Shown: positions 10,408-24,379, counted from the whole stretch's first letter. The stretch is DNA of 50,933 nt, filler included, from Basidiobolus ranarum (GCA_040143965.1; 2 parts of 2 records of this genome joined end to end with filler, not necessarily neighbours in it), one strand, 5' to 3'. The notes: generated from the sequence alone by a model not told the origin. Numbers and translations are program-made.

Positions 10408-12376
10408 ATGGGTGCAATAGTCAATCTCTTGCAGAATTGTTTCTCATTCCAATCACTCAGCAACCTCGTTACCGTTGCTTTGGGAGCATTGGTCCTCTAT
10501 GTTTTGAGTGACTGGTACAATCAAAAGGTAATTTCACTTCAACTCTCTCTTCTCTGCGTCTGTTGTACTATAATTACTAACACCGTCGATCTTTAGTATG
10601 GCAAAAAAGAACTCAATGCCCCTCCTATGGTTCCATATTGGATTCCTTTCCTTGGATCCATGATTACTTTTGGAATGAACCCCGTTGATTTCTTGACCGA
10701 AAACCGTGCCAAGGTAGCGTTGTATACTATTCTAAACAAACAAGAAACTCATGACTAATGGTTGGCAAATATAGTATGGCGATGTCTTTACTTTCTTAAT
10801 GTTTGGTCGCAAGATGACTTATGCTCTGGGCACTGAAGGAAACAACTTTGTTCTTAATGCCAAGCATAGTCACGTCAATGCTGAAGATGCCTATAGACCA
10901 CTCACTAAGCCTGTATTTGGCGAAGGTGTTGTATACGATTGCCCTAACCACATGTTGATGGATCAGAAGCGGTACTTAACTATAGCAATAGCTTTGAATC
11001 TACTCCATAAAATTGACCTGATTTCTCTCATATAGATTTGCCAAGGAAGGTTTGTCATTTGAAGCTCTGAGAACCTATGTTCCAATGATTGTTGAAGAGA
11101 CTACCGAATATTTCAAGTAACTAGCAACTGCCATTTCAGATATTATTATTCACTTGGCTAAATATTTTATGTGTAGGCGTTGGAACAAGAAGACTGGTGA
11201 AGGAGAAGTGAGTGTAGCATTCGCTGAATTAATTATCAACACTGCCTCTCGATGCCTCATGGGTAAAGAGATCCGCTCTCAACTCGATGAAACTGGTAAG
11301 GAATTATTCGATAGAACCGAATCTCAACGAACGAAATTTATTAACCCCGTTTTCTGACAGTTGCTCACCTGGTTCACGATTTGGATAACGGTTTTCAACC
11401 TATCAATTTCCTCTTTGAATGGCTTCCACTTCCAAGCTACAGAAAGCGTGACGAAGCTCATGTTAAACTGACCAACATCTTCTTGAGCATTATCAATAAC
11501 AGACGTCAAACCGGTGATATGGTATTAACCTAACCTAGAGATCTCTAAACCATTTAGACTGTAACTAAATGGACTTTGTTTAGGACAACTCGGATATTCT
11601 TCAACATTTCATGACTGTTACTTACAAGAACGGCCACCAAATGTCCGACAAAGAAGTTGCACACATGATGATTGCCCTACTGATGGCTGGACAACATACC
11701 AGTGCGGCTACCTCTACTTGGGCCTTGATGCATATTGCTCATGACCCAGAATTACGGTTAGTATTACAAAGCATCTCTTTTATCATGTTTACACCGACTC
11801 AACTCGCTATTTGATAGTGCACAAATCTATGCTGAACAGAAAGAAATCTTCGGTGAAGATTTGAAACCCCTTAACTTCAATGATATCAACAAATGCAAGG
11901 TCTTGGATAACCTAGTTCGTGAAACCCTTCGTATACATACACCTATCGTAGCAATTTTGCGTAAAGTGGTTCAATCCGTCAACTATCCTAAATCCGATAT
12001 CGTAGTACCCAAGGGACATTTCCTTTGTGCCAGTCCAATCATTGCCCAACTTTCTGAGGAGCATTTTGAAAACCCATTGAAGTTTGACATCAGCCGATGG
12101 AATCACATTGCCGAAGAAAAGGAGGAAGAAGATGAATCTATCTTCGGTTCAACCGGCAAAGGTGCCAAAAATCCATATCTTCCATTTGGTGCTGGTCGTC
12201 ATAGATGCATTGGTGAACCATTCGCTTATGTCCAAATTAAAACCATTTTGGCTACCATCGTACGTATGTTCGAGATTGAAAACATCCCCGGTAAGGAATT
12301 CCCCAAACCTGATTATTCCAAATTATTTGTCACTCCTGAAACTCCCATTCCATGCAAATACACCAGACGTGATTAG
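10408..12376 (+). CDS. CYP51: Sterol 14-alpha-demethylase (cytochrome P450 family 51), multi-exon
   Basis: N-terminal TM helix, PPMVPYWIPFLGS, AEDAYRPLTKPVFGEGVVYDCPN, I-helix MAGQHTS, ETLR, heme motif FGAGRHRCIGE. Confidence 0.97.
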
Positions 12377-12741
12377 GGAAGTATGTGTTCCAAATCACTT
12401 ACTTTCTTTACTCGCACCATTTGTTTGATTAGAAATATTTTTGTTTAATAGAATCCTTTTTAAAATAAATTTGATTGGAATTTTGAATTTACTTATTGTA
12501 AATATACAGCTCGTTTTTATTGATGTTTAAATAACCGCCAATATTGTGGCTTTAAGCTTTAGTAGAAAAAAACGAGAAGCAAAATGAAAGAATGAAAAGG
12601 GAGGGAAGAGGATAATGATTCCAAGTATGGAGGAGTCATTTCAGTGTATTGTTAACAGTAACAGTTGGAGTGATAATTTCGTTTAATGTAATGTAGAATA
12701 GAAAACCCAATTATTAAATTGAGAATGATGCGACTTAGAAT

Positions 12742-13746
12742 TTACTTTCTATACCACATGGTAGCAACACGTCCTCTTCTGATCTTCTTTTGCAGTTGCA
12801 TGACACCGTACATTAAAGCTTCTGCTGTAGGAGGGCATCCTGGAACATAAATATCAACTGGTACAATACGGTCGCAACCACGCACAACGGCATAAGAATA
12901 ATGATAATAACCACCACCGTTGGCACAAGAACCCATGGAGATAACCCAACGAGGTTCAGGCATCTACAAATGAAAATTGAGTCGATTGTCCTAGCATTAC
13001 AGAAGATAAAGAAAAGTAGGCTTACCTGATCGTAAACCTTTCTCAAAGCGGGGGCCATCTTGTTGGTAAGAGTACCAGCAACAATCATCACATCAGATTG
13101 ACGAGGAGAAGCACGGAAAACAATACCAATACGATCTTGATCGTAACGAGCAGCAGCCATGTGCATCATCTCTACAGCGCAACAAGCAAGACCGAAAGTC
13201 ATGGGCCAGATAGAACTAGTACGACCCCAATTGACCAATTTATCGACAGTAGAAAGAGCGATTTCTGAGAAAGGAACATTAGTATTTAAAGAATTTCTAT
13301 AACTATCGATCGTCAAATTTCTACTTACGAGCAACGTTATTAGGTTCACCAACGTTAGTGAATTGTGGAGGTGCTACAGCTAAGAACATCATGTTAGAAC
13401 ATCTTGATTGTATGCAATGTAAAAGTACATGTCAAAGTATTAAAGCAATACTACAATGTAATCGAACTGGTATAAAATACAAATAGATATATCTAAGTAC
13501 CATTGTCGCTTTCGTCTTTAGGGGTAGAGTGAAAGAAGCTTTGTCTTTGACAAACAGCGGGAGTTCTAACTGCCAGAGCACGAACAGCTGAAACTTGAAT
13601 AAAGAATTGAACAAAAAGGTCAGTTACTGGTTCACTACTATTTGATTCAAGTAGTGTCTATCTAAGTGGTCAACGCATAATAAAATAAGGGAATACCAAC
13701 CAGTAGAAGACTTGGCAACAAGGTTTAAACCGACGTTAGCGAGCAT
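12742..13746 (-). CDS. NDUFS7: Mitochondrial complex I PSST/20 kDa Fe-S subunit
   Basis: [48 protein letters not shown]-terminal presequence exons start [14 protein letters not shown]. Confidence 0.96.
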
Positions 13747-14380
13747 TGTACGATAAGAAAAGTCGATAAAAGCAACTCCTCTTCGTTGTTACCTGTGTGT
13801 ACATAAAACTGATGTGTTAACCCCACTTTTTTGCAGCCGATGGTTGATGATCCACGTGACTTCCCCATATCATTTTGTTGAGAACAATTTGGGGATACTG
13901 CTCCATCTTCGAGTTCGAATATAATTATTCCTATGGTTTAGCTGGCAATTAAGAAATATGAGGCCCCATCTTAATGAGAAATTTCGAAATGTTGTTTAGA
14001 TCGAGATCAGATTCTCTGGGTCTATCCAGAGTATAGATTATTTCTCATTACACACGCCGAAAGAACGATATATGAAACAAAGGCCTGGCAATAAAATCAA
14101 CATAACAGGTGATACGCATAATCATGACAATGAAACAAAATACTTTGGGGATTTATTGTATCTATTATTATATAATATTAATATCTGGTGAATATTGTTT
14201 CATAAGAAAACAAGTCAAGATGCAGAGCTGTGAGAACAAACTGGAAATATGAGATACAGACGAAAGGTGAACGGCTAATGAAGTTGTTAGAGAGTTGGAG
14301 ACGAACAACAAAAGTTTCAAAATCTCATTTGATACAAATATATATATATTCAGATTTCGAGAGAAACCATTTCAATTGAA

Positions 14381-16067
14381 TTATTCATCATGGATAACCA
14401 AGTCTTCGAGGAGCTCTTCCAGAGGAATCTCTGGTGCATTTTCATCTTCAACGTCGGTCATTTCTCCGTCAGTCTCCATAGCATTGACATCTGGTTTCTG
14501 CTCAGAGCGGTAGAGATTAATGGTGGAACGAAGTTCAGCATCTTCTTCAAGATCACGTAAGAATAACTCGAAGTCTTGTTCGAGTTTCTCTTGCTCTTGC
14601 TTTCTGGGAAGCATTTCTTCCTCCTCCTTGTTCAAATTCTTGAGCTTCCAGTGACGCTTATTCTTCTTCTTGCGGTTAGGATAGCTCTTCTTGACCAAAA
14701 TAACATCGGGAAGTGCGTTTCTATTCATTGAATCGAAGTCATTGTTGTTGAAATTGGCACTGGTAAGATCATAACCCATGACAGTATCTCCGATATTCAA
14801 GATACCTCCGAGGTGGGAGCGGGCAAAGAAGGTAGTGTCGTTTTTACCAAAGTCGCTACTACGGGCCACCATGACATCAGCAAGGACATTCTTACCACGG
14901 ACAGCACCGAGCACTTCAACATCCAAAACATAATACTCTACCATGTCTTTAACAGTAGCAAGAGAGTCAAATGGATTTCTCCAGTAGACAGCGTTGGTGA
15001 TATCGGCAGAGTTCAGAGTATTAGGATCCAAAACATGGATAGAGTTACCGATACGGCTGCAGAGAACTAGAGGCTGAATGTTGCCAAGAGACCTGGCGAG
15101 CTTAACGGGTAAACAAACAAGATCGTCCTTACAAACTGGTACAATTTCAACTGAGTAAGTGAATTTGTAATTGGAGGTACCACTGTGGATATCACTAGAA
15201 ATAAGTTGTTCGGAAGTTTTTGAACGAACAGGAGTGACGGCATTTAAGAATTCTACCATCTTGACTGCATGACTACGTTGAGCATAGAAGAAATCTAAGC
15301 CATCTCTAAGCTCCTTAATGTTGATGGTATCTTTGTGAGCATTATGCTTGAGAATGAGCTGTTCCAAGTACATGAAGGTACGCTTATGATTGACCTATAA
15401 ATCAAGAAGTATAAGAAAGATGAACATACAGTGAAAGTGCAACGTATAACTCGTACCTTTTGTCTCACTTGCACTGTAGCTTTCCAAGTGTTTTGAGCAG
15501 CAACTCTGGTACACTCTTCACATTGTTGAGTACAAACAACAAACTCAACTTCGAAGATTTGTTGAAGAATTGTAGAAGCAAACACCTTATATATGAAATA
15601 GCATGTTAATATTGAACACACCAGCACAACATATTATTGAGCAACAAGATCCTACCTCTTTCTGAATAGTGAGTTTGACTTTAATTCTGCGCGAGTGAGG
15701 TTCAGTCCAAATGAAACCAGCGTCAACGAGACGAACCTTATTTAAGCCCTTGAGTTTCTTTAAACATAAGGCTAAAAGTTCTCTAGATTCGAGTTGACAG
15801 CTAACCCAAAGGTTAGGTGGTTGATGGTATCTTTCACAATTACGACAGAAGTGAATGGTAGCCTGCTTAGGGATTCCTTCAGTGATGTCAACCTCGTTAC
15901 GAATACAGTTAAGGCACATATTGGCCGGGTTGGGTGGAATGGGAGTACCACAAGAACAACATAAGCTAAGCACAAAAAGTGTAAGTAATAAGTATATTAA
16001 ATAGCTCGCTAAAAAACGCTTCTTTAACTTACATAAGTTGCTGCTGAGCTTCAGGATTATATTGCAT
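14381..16067 (-). CDS. NMD3: 60S ribosomal export adaptor
   Basis: ILCCSCGTPIPPNPANMCLNC, FIWTEPHSRRIK, C-terminal FLRDLEEDAELR and NES-like EELLEDLVI. Short exon 1 MQYNPEAQQQL. Confidence 0.96.
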
Positions 16068-16256
16068 TTTGGTATTCTGACAAGGAGAAAGAAGGGAACA
16101 GAAATAACGGGAAGGACAATTCGGTTCAAATACTAAACTAACTCCTTCAACGCAATCTTACTACGGAAGTCAATTCGAAAATCCGCTTTTTTTCTTTTTT
16201 TTCTCTTTTCACAAATTTAATACAATATCAATTTGCTTATTAATGTCCGGATGTTT

Positions 16257-16265
16257 AAACCCTAA
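16257..16265 (+). promoter_or_regulatory. Telo-box AAACCCTAA in the NMD3/MTR3 divergent promoter
   Basis: Exact AAACCCTAA between two head-to-head RNA-biogenesis genes, flanked by poly-T and poly-A tracts. Confidence 0.35.
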
Positions 16266-16494
16266 TTGGTGAATAAAATTTCCCCTTTTCTATTTAGAAA
16301 TTGTTTAACTCAAGCTGCGGGAAATCATTCATTAATCAAAATCGATGCAGTAACAAAAAAATGCTTCACATATACAAAAGAAAAAAAGAATCCCGCTCCA
16401 AGAGCTAGTCTGTTCAATAAAGTTCCTCGATATTTAGAGGTGTAAATTAGATTGAATCAAAGGAAACTCAACGTCAACACTTTTCATAAGACAC

Positions 16495-17613
16495 ATGGAT
16501 AGAAAACGTATTAATGGTCCCGAATTGAGCGTAGCTCCAATCTTTAAAGATCAAAAAATACCTGCTGTAATTCCCCTTACACTATCGGAAAAACGTAGTG
16601 ATGGTAGAACTACTGAAGAACTCCGCTCTATTTGTATGTCGGATTTCTTTTATTAGATAGTATATATATTATCTTCAATACTGAGTGAACATATTTCTTT
16701 TTCTAGTTTTGAAGACTGGATTAATCAGCCAAGCTAATGGCTCAGCCTATATTGAGTTACAACACACGAAAATTGCTTGCGCCATGTAAGATTCATTTCC
16801 AACGCGCCTTAGTCAGAATCGATCTTAACGAGTTGTTTAATTCAAATTTAGTTACGGCCCCAGACAAGCAAAGAAGCCTTCGTTCAATAACAAAGGTGAA
16901 TTGAACTGTGAATTTAAGTTCACACCTTTCTCCTGTGTTAAACGTCGTGGTCATTTAAGAGTACGTATATATATGTAGCCCACTTCTAGAGACTTGGTAT
17001 ACTAATTATTTTTTATTATCTATAGGATGCACAAGAAAGAGAGTTATCTCAAATTATCACTCAAGCACTAGCTCCTTCAGTTCGGTTGGAGCTATTCCCC
17101 AAGTCTGTTGTGGATATTTATATCAGTGTCCTCGAAAGCGATGGTATTGGAAGTACCGTTGCTGCAGCTATTACCTGTGCTTCAGTTGCTTTAGCTGACG
17201 CTGGTATCGAGATGCTCGACCTAGTTGCCGCTTCATCTGGGGTAATTAATTTTATTTACACTCATTGGTTGTATAACAGCTATATCGTTTTCAAAAACTT
17301 ATCCGAGTGATATTAGGGCTTCTTTCAATCTCAAGTAATGCTCGATTGTACAGCTATCGAAGAAGAGCAACAACAAGGGTCCTTGATTCTCTCTTATATG
17401 CCATCCCTTAACGAAGTTACACATATAGTCCTTGGGGGAGAAACTGAAGTGACGGTGTCTAATCAAGTAAGCAGTAACATCGCATTTTCTTTAGTCCATA
17501 CGGAATATTGACCTATTTGCACTCTTATCTAGGCTATAGAGCAATGTATTGATACTTGTACAAAGATTTATTCGGTGATGAACCATAGTTTGTTGACATC
17601 AATTGAGCCATAA
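16495..17613 (+). CDS. MTR3: Exosome RNase PH-like subunit MTR3/EXOSC6
   Basis: Starts MDRKRINGP. Contains LKTGLISQANGSAYIE, YGPRQ, LFPKSVVDIY and ASVALADAGIEMLDLV. Confidence 0.9.
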
Positions 17614-17828
17614 TATAGAGATTGTTCATAGCGGTTTCTTCCAAGTCACCATTGATAAAAAAAGAATAAAGAGTAGTTAACTAACAAGTATATATATAGC
17701 CACGGCAAAGATTGCTCACTCAATGAAATTATAGTGAACTCTATCGGTTTATTACATCTTTCCAGTTCGTTAATGATTATAGATGGATGGATTGTTTCAA
17801 TACTAAAGGGTACGACCAAGCTAAAGTT

Positions 17829-20149
17829 TTACGGTATCCTAGAGGGAGGGTTGGACGAAGGGTGCGGTAGTATTGGAGTGCGGGTAGGCGGTGGTATGCT
17901 GCCACTCGTAGCTTGAGCTATCTGCTTCTGTGCTAAATGATAGACATAGTCATCGATAAACAATCGTAGAATCTGGAAAGAACCTAGATTTGGAGAGTTA
18001 ATTTCATTCCTATTTAGCCCAATCTCTTATAAGCATGTCATACCAAAACTTTGCGCACTACGTATTGAGAGATCGCGAACTATAAGCGATCCAAAGTAAG
18101 ACCATTTTAACACGAACGCCTGGGCGTTGGAGATTCCTTCTGGATTGAGATTCTAACTCGAAATCAGAATTTGATCAAGAAAAGCTAACTCAAGAGACTC
18201 CTTACCTCTCCCAGGAATTTGCTACATATCGTTTCAATCCAACTAACCCACTGATCCAATTGTGCTGATGATTGTAGCAACTGCTTGATGTCGATCTCCA
18301 CTAAATAGTACAAGTAGTTGAGACTAGGATACAACTGTCGAACTCGCTCATTCTTAACTTACTGATTTGAATCAAGTCTGCTTTGCCACACTGGCATATA
18401 ATTGCCGCTTGATCTCGTAGAGACTCGAAATCAACATTGGCCCAATCAACAACCATTTGAGTGGTTTGATCCTTGTTCTGTATAATGGATGCTGCTGACT
18501 GACTCAAATGATTTAACGAGCAGAGTTTTATCAGAACCCCAGTAAAGGTACGGGCCACTTGAAGTCAGAAGAGTGAGAGAGTGGCTTTCAAAGAGTCTTT
18601 TTAACCGATCCTACCTTCAAGCTTTTTCGTATAAAGCATTTGAGAATGTCCGTACAACGAGACTATAATCCAACCCTCATACTGCTTCGCAAAGTCCTGA
18701 ATAGCTTGAATAGTTACCAAAGGAAGCGGAGTCAGGACTGTGGTAAACAATAATCTGGAGATGTTCTGATGTGGTGGGTTAGTTTGCGAGGTAAGATCTA
18801 GATGGAATCTACAACGAACTAACATCATAGAGTAACGTGTCATCTCTTCCAATAAGGTGGATAACTTCTGGGCTGTTGGCTATGCCCCTGTATTGAGGAG
18901 CCAACTCCTGCCAGAACTGCTTCACTACTGTGGAGATCTATGAAATAGAAGTTAATTTAGCAAAGAAAAAGGATAGCTTCCTAATATTACTAACACCGAT
19001 GAAGTTTTGACGACCAACTAATTCATACACTGTCTGACAGTGTGATCGATACAGCGACATGAAGTTCGTTACGGCAACGGGCGGTAAGCTAGAGGAGATC
19101 CCTTTCTCATTGAGCGTATCGAACTCTATAGGATGCCACATTTCACTATTGGAGTAAAGATCGGAATCCTGGCTGTCTTTTCTATTCATTGAGCAATGTT
19201 CAATCGTTTGCTATCAATAGCATAGTCTCACATCTGTTTACGAACCTTCCAGAGGGGGTAGCTGTGTCTGAGGCAAACGAATTTGTAGATATCTGTTTAG
19301 CACGAATTCCCCAGTAATGGTATGTATATTAAGTGAGTTATGGCTATTAAACAAGGAATCAATCACATTTCCAAGAACTTCAGACAAAAAAGATATTTGG
19401 ACTGTCCTCTGGTTCCTAGTCTTCTAGTAGTAATATTGGAAAATACAGAGCGCACAATTTTCCCAAAGCTAGCGGAATTTACGTGATGAACGCCTATCTT
19501 CTCACAGAATAGGGTGTAATGGCTATATAGGGCTTCTCTGGAGACACTCTGGTCGTCAGCTGATTCGTAATTATCAATCAACCTGAGACAAAAGGAAGTA
19601 TTTCTTTAGTCAAAGATTTGCTTCACGTATGGAAGTGACTTACCAAGTACTGATCAATATCGAACGGGCTTTATCTGCTGATCCAGGTGTTGTTTCGTGA
19701 GTTTTTGCCGCTAATACTTCCAAGCTCTCTCTAGATTCTAGTGCCAGTCTACGAAGTTCGTCTGTATTGGATATGCTTAGGTTGACACCTGAGGGTCTTT
19801 TCGAAGTAGACTCACCTTCGGGTTCAGAGCCCTCTGTATCTGATTGATTCTTACCAGAGTCACTTTGTAGGCTACTGTTCTCGTGGGATTTATTTGCAGG
19901 ATCTTGAAAGGTAGCAGAGTGAGAGTCACTTACGGGAGAAGTGGAAGGAAACTGAGGCTCTGACGTGGGATGTGAGGATGCTTTCGAAAATTCGGGGGGA
20001 ACGATTGAAAGGGTGGATGGTGGTGGAAGAATAGGCAGAGTAGTAGTTGTAGGTTGATGGGTGGTTGACAAGATTGGCGGTAGTGTAGTGGAATAAGTGG
20101 TGTTAGGGCTATGTGAATCTGTTGTCGACGGGTGTTTAGAAGTTTCCAT
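17829..20149 (-). CDS. RFX-family winged-helix transcription factor (Sak1/Rfx1-like) with B/C/dimerisation domains
   Basis: DNA-binding domain [36 protein letters not shown] domain LYRSHCQ; dimerisation domain [29 protein letters not shown]. Confidence 0.92.
19324..19396 (-). other. AT-AC (U12-type) intron in the RFX DNA-binding domain
   Basis: AA|ATATCTTTTT...GCCATAACTCACTTAATATAC|A TAC CAT TAC. Removing it restores GQSKYHYWGIR. Confidence 0.85.
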
Positions 20150-20722
20150 TGTACTTCAAAATATGTCTTACACGGTTTGAGATTGAATCAGTGTGCGTGA
20201 TTGAAAGCTAATACGAAACAAATTAGTGGCTTAAAAGTAAATATGTGACACGCAATAGTAGACAACAACATCGGCTTGGAGTGAAGTATATATAGTGGAT
20301 GAACGAAAGCTGATATCTGTAAAAATAACCAAGGGCGGTATATAAAATACCCCTATGACCAACCAGGAAAGTCGGTGAGTATTTTTAAATTAACTTGTCC
20401 TTTGCTATGAAAACCTCCATTGTGCCAACCGCCAATGGTGAATATGAAATATTGAGACCGCCGAGCAAACCCATTGGCTTCCATCAAAGTAGTAGAGTAG
20501 GACAGTAGTCATATTTGACTGCGTTTCCAAGGCTCAGTTCCCAAGGCTCATACCGTTTGGCTGTAGAAGTTTTGTAAATACCACTCTTTGCTATTATTAA
20601 CACCAATCACCTAGTACTTGTTATTTTTGTACAATGATCAAGTTTGACTGAGCAGCGATCTAGTTGAAGATTAAGGTGTGAGTAACCAATTTGCTCATTG
20701 GAGTATCCAAGGTGATATAGAA

Positions 20723-20774
20723 GAATAAATAAAACCAGCCCTAACCCTGAATAAATAAAACCAGCCCTAACCCT
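20723..20774 (+). repeat. Perfect 26-bp tandem duplication containing telomere-like CCCTAACCCT
   Basis: GAATAAATAAAACCAGCCCTAACCCT x2. Confidence 0.9.
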
Positions 20775-21732
20775 AGCTTGTGTAACTAACAAATGAATTT
20801 CTTGGATAATCAATACCGAGAATATGTAAAACTACACATATCTACCATGCGAGTATTGCCATCATTACATAGCCTCTGTGTTTTTTAATAGACGATGTTT
20901 AATAGATGTCTATTTCAAAAGTAGAGTATTTGGATGCTTAAAACTGTGATTATATAATACAAAATAAAGAGCATTTTGGTGTATAGGACTGTGATTATAT
21001 AATACAGCATAAATGAATAATAACAATTAGGTAATTGTTACACCCATTAGAATCACAAAAGCAAGTCGCTAACTGAACTTAATTCATTGGAGCACAGCTT
21101 ACATTCGTTGGACCATACAGCAACCGTAGTGATATTGCTCGACATATGATTGTATCGTACTCTGTGTTTCCTCAGAAACACTGGAGAATCCTTAACTTGT
21201 GTAGAATACAAGAAAGCAACAATGGATCATAGAAAGTCATCCAATTGTTAATCTCTATTTTCTCCAAATTATTATTATGACATTATGATAATGACTGTTC
21301 TATGTAATTGTTCTTGCCTATTGCGGAAGGAAACGAGTTGGCCATCCCTCGTTGCGCCTGCATTGTTACAACAATTGTTGGTTGGGGGAGATGAGTTCTA
21401 TCGCAGCTTTATAAAGCTTAGTGTGATCCATTTATCCAACGGCAACTCAACAGTTTTTGTATATTTCCTCAAGTACTCCAAAGCACTCTTTCTTTTTAAT
21501 AGAGGTGTTATCTCTTGTTATTCTATCGTTTTGATACTTTGAATAGAAGTCTGTATATTTCGTACTTGAGCCCTAATTTGTACTCCTCTTTTGGTCTATA
21601 TCCTTCAGTTATTCAGATATAGCTTTACGTAACTCATACATTGTAAAATTCTATTCATATTTTTTTCATATACTGTTGACCCGCTTTATCTTCATACCTT
21701 TTAACTTTTCTTAAACTATTCTCCCAACTATT

Positions 21733-23311
21733 ATGCCTGCCTTTGCCAAAGCTTCCCTAGATTTATCGAACCAAGGAAAAAGCCCCTTAACTATGGATCG
21801 CAACGACGAAGCCAGTTAGTATCATTTTTATACTGGGCTCTTGATATGCTTCAGTTGAGCTAAATTTTTGTATTTTACCAAAGTTTTTAGTCATCAGTAT
21901 TCCAGCGAATGCGAAAGGATGCTTTCACAATTCGTCGACTCATTAGATAGTTCTTTGGATAGTGATAGATTTTCGAAAGTACTTCACCGTACCGAGGAGC
22001 CTTATATCCATATTTTCCAGGATCCGAAAGTTAGTTATGGATACAAAGTAATTGCTCGTCTTGATTGTAAGCCAGAATTAGCGTTTGAATACATGCTAGA
22101 TGTAGAAAGGTGGAAGCAATGGGACGATCTTTGTGAAGGTGCTGAGATTATAGAAGCTGTAGACCCCGTTACTCGTTTTCAGTACATAAGAACCAAGCCC
22201 ATTTGGCCTATATCGGCTAGAGATGTTCTTCTATTTTCAACTATGAAGAAATTGGAGGATGGTAAATATATCATGGTTGGGAAGAGTATGGCCCATGAGA
22301 AATGTCCAACGAAAAAAGGAGTACTCCGCATGGACGTTGGTTTCTTGGGGATGTGTGTCTTTTCTGAGCCAGAAGATGATACCAAATGTAGAGTGGTGTT
22401 CGTTGCGGATGGAGATCCAAAGGGATGGGTGCCAAAGAACATAGTTAAATTTGGTATGTTTCCGTTTACTTTGAAGGTTGTTTGCCGAAAGATATCTAAT
22501 CTGTGTTATAGTTGCCACGAACGCTATGCCATTGTCTCTGCGTATGCTGAGCAATAATTTGGGATCGATGCCACCTATAGAGTACAATTTGGTTTCGGTA
22601 CTCAATTCTCTGGCTGAACATAAGCCCTCGACCCGCTCTCCTCTTCTTTCAAGCCTGCGTTCAAGTATCTTAAGGTTAAGCACCAAGTCACCGAACAACG
22701 CCAAGTCAAGAGTGTCCATAATCTCGTCTTTTCTGTTAAACAGCAGAAGTGGAAGCTACCATGGAAGTCATTCTTCAACTAGCATAAAGCCTCGAAGTGT
22801 ATCTACTTCGAGATTTACTAGAGGTGCTTCTGCACGACCTGGATCTCCCCCCTCGGCTCAAAGTGTATTGACTGAAAAAGCATTGCCTATCGTTAAACAA
22901 ACATCAACGCCTGAACCAAAGGAGATATTACCACCATCTCAAGAATCACATAACTACACCTCATCAGTAGATCAAATTCCCTCTCTCACCGACTCATCTT
23001 CTCTCACTTCCAAGTCTAAATCACTTAATCCTTCAGATTCAGACATGACAACCACTCTAACCTCTAGTACTACTTCACCTAACACCGAAGCCGAGTTGAA
23101 GACCAAACGCCGTCGAAGTCTCCTCGTTAACCCTAAACAAGTAACCGACAAATTATGCGGTAAACTTCGTCGAATGAAAACCCGTGTACGAAATGCTATG
23201 ACACATTCCAAGCCACCTCATGAAGAATTTAATGAAAAATCAACTACCCCAGTAATCACACAATATCCAAACAACTCCTCACCTGGTTTGAAAGTAGCAT
23301 GTGTTTCATAA
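21733..23311 (+). CDS. START (lipid/sterol-binding) domain protein with long Ser/Thr-rich C-terminal tail
   Basis: WKQWDD, KPIWPISARD and DPKGWVPKNIV are START hallmarks. An intron near 22454-22511 joins ORFs 21868-22557 and 22478-23311. Confidence 0.88.
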
Positions 23312-23939
23312 ACGTTACCAAACCAGCAGCTCAATAATTCTGCGCTAATAGAAGCAGTACTCCACCAAACCTTTATCACTTTTATTACTCTCAAGCTCGC
23401 AACACTTCTTTAATTTCGAATTCAAAACGGAATCTTTTCTCTGTTATCGGATAATTAGTTTCATTCATCAACTCTCTTGTAGGACTGTTGTAAAATTAGA
23501 TGTAAGTTCAAGACTAGATATGTTGTACAATAGTATAGTACCAATATAAAATAACCTTGTTGTATTGTATTTTACTGTTCTCATGTTATGGTGAAGTATT
23601 TCCCTCTAGTAGGGTTAGAATTGAGTAATAGATGCATATCTCGTACTTGAGGAGCTGTATATGTTTTCTGGGAATTCAGATAGCAAGGGTTAGGGTTTTC
23701 TGAAAATAGCTATTTGAGTTTACTATCACCATCTGTATACTCTTAAATATTCCTTACTTTACATTCAATATGCCAAATTTTAGCAAATATCCAAAAGTTT
23801 GATGGGGATATGATTATGAAGCCATGGAACAATTAGGACATATATCTCTTAACTGAATTGGAACTCAAATATCAAAATATCTCAGAGAAGAGAAATCTCT
23901 TGGAATCACTAAATATAGACTAAACATGGATGATGTGCC

Positions 23940-24287
23940 TGTTAAAGTATTTGGGAGCCTGTTGGAAGTGGTTTGGAGAATTAGAGGAATTGGTGGTTTT
24001 CACTTATTGATTTATTGAGTATTCAGTTGACATTTATAGTTTTGTCAAGATGTAAACAAACTAACATGTAGAATATGTTAAGGAAGGTCCCAGGAACATG
24101 TGTGCAAAGTTTGGGGCTTCTAGCACAAGTTTGAAAAATCTATATATCTGAGAACTTCTAAGTTGGTAAAAATATTCTAAGTAAATTCCAATTGAGAATA
24201 ATTGATAATATCTTAGTGAATTATAAGATAACTAAGTACTAAGCTATATATGACTATATAGGTGTTTAGGCAATGCTAATTTCAACA
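23940..24287 (+). mobile_element. Intact solo LTR (348 bp) with 5-bp target-site duplication GTGCC
   Basis: TGTTAAAG...TAATTTCAACA (TG...CA, imperfect terminal inverted repeat). GTGCC at 23935-23939 and at 24288-24292. Confidence 0.92.
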
Positions 24288-24379
24288 GTGCCAACATTAC
24301 ATATATCTATTATGATAATTCAAATCATCAAAGTAAACCCAAATAAACTCTAGCTAATTTGTTACAGTAGTAGTGTATA

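Noticed and set aside
10880-10945. Possible intrinsic azole-resistance substitutions in CYP51
   Set aside because: The tyrosines equivalent to C. albicans Y118 and Y132 are retained (DAYRPL, VVYDCP), so there is no Y-to-F change like that in Mucorales CYP51-F5.
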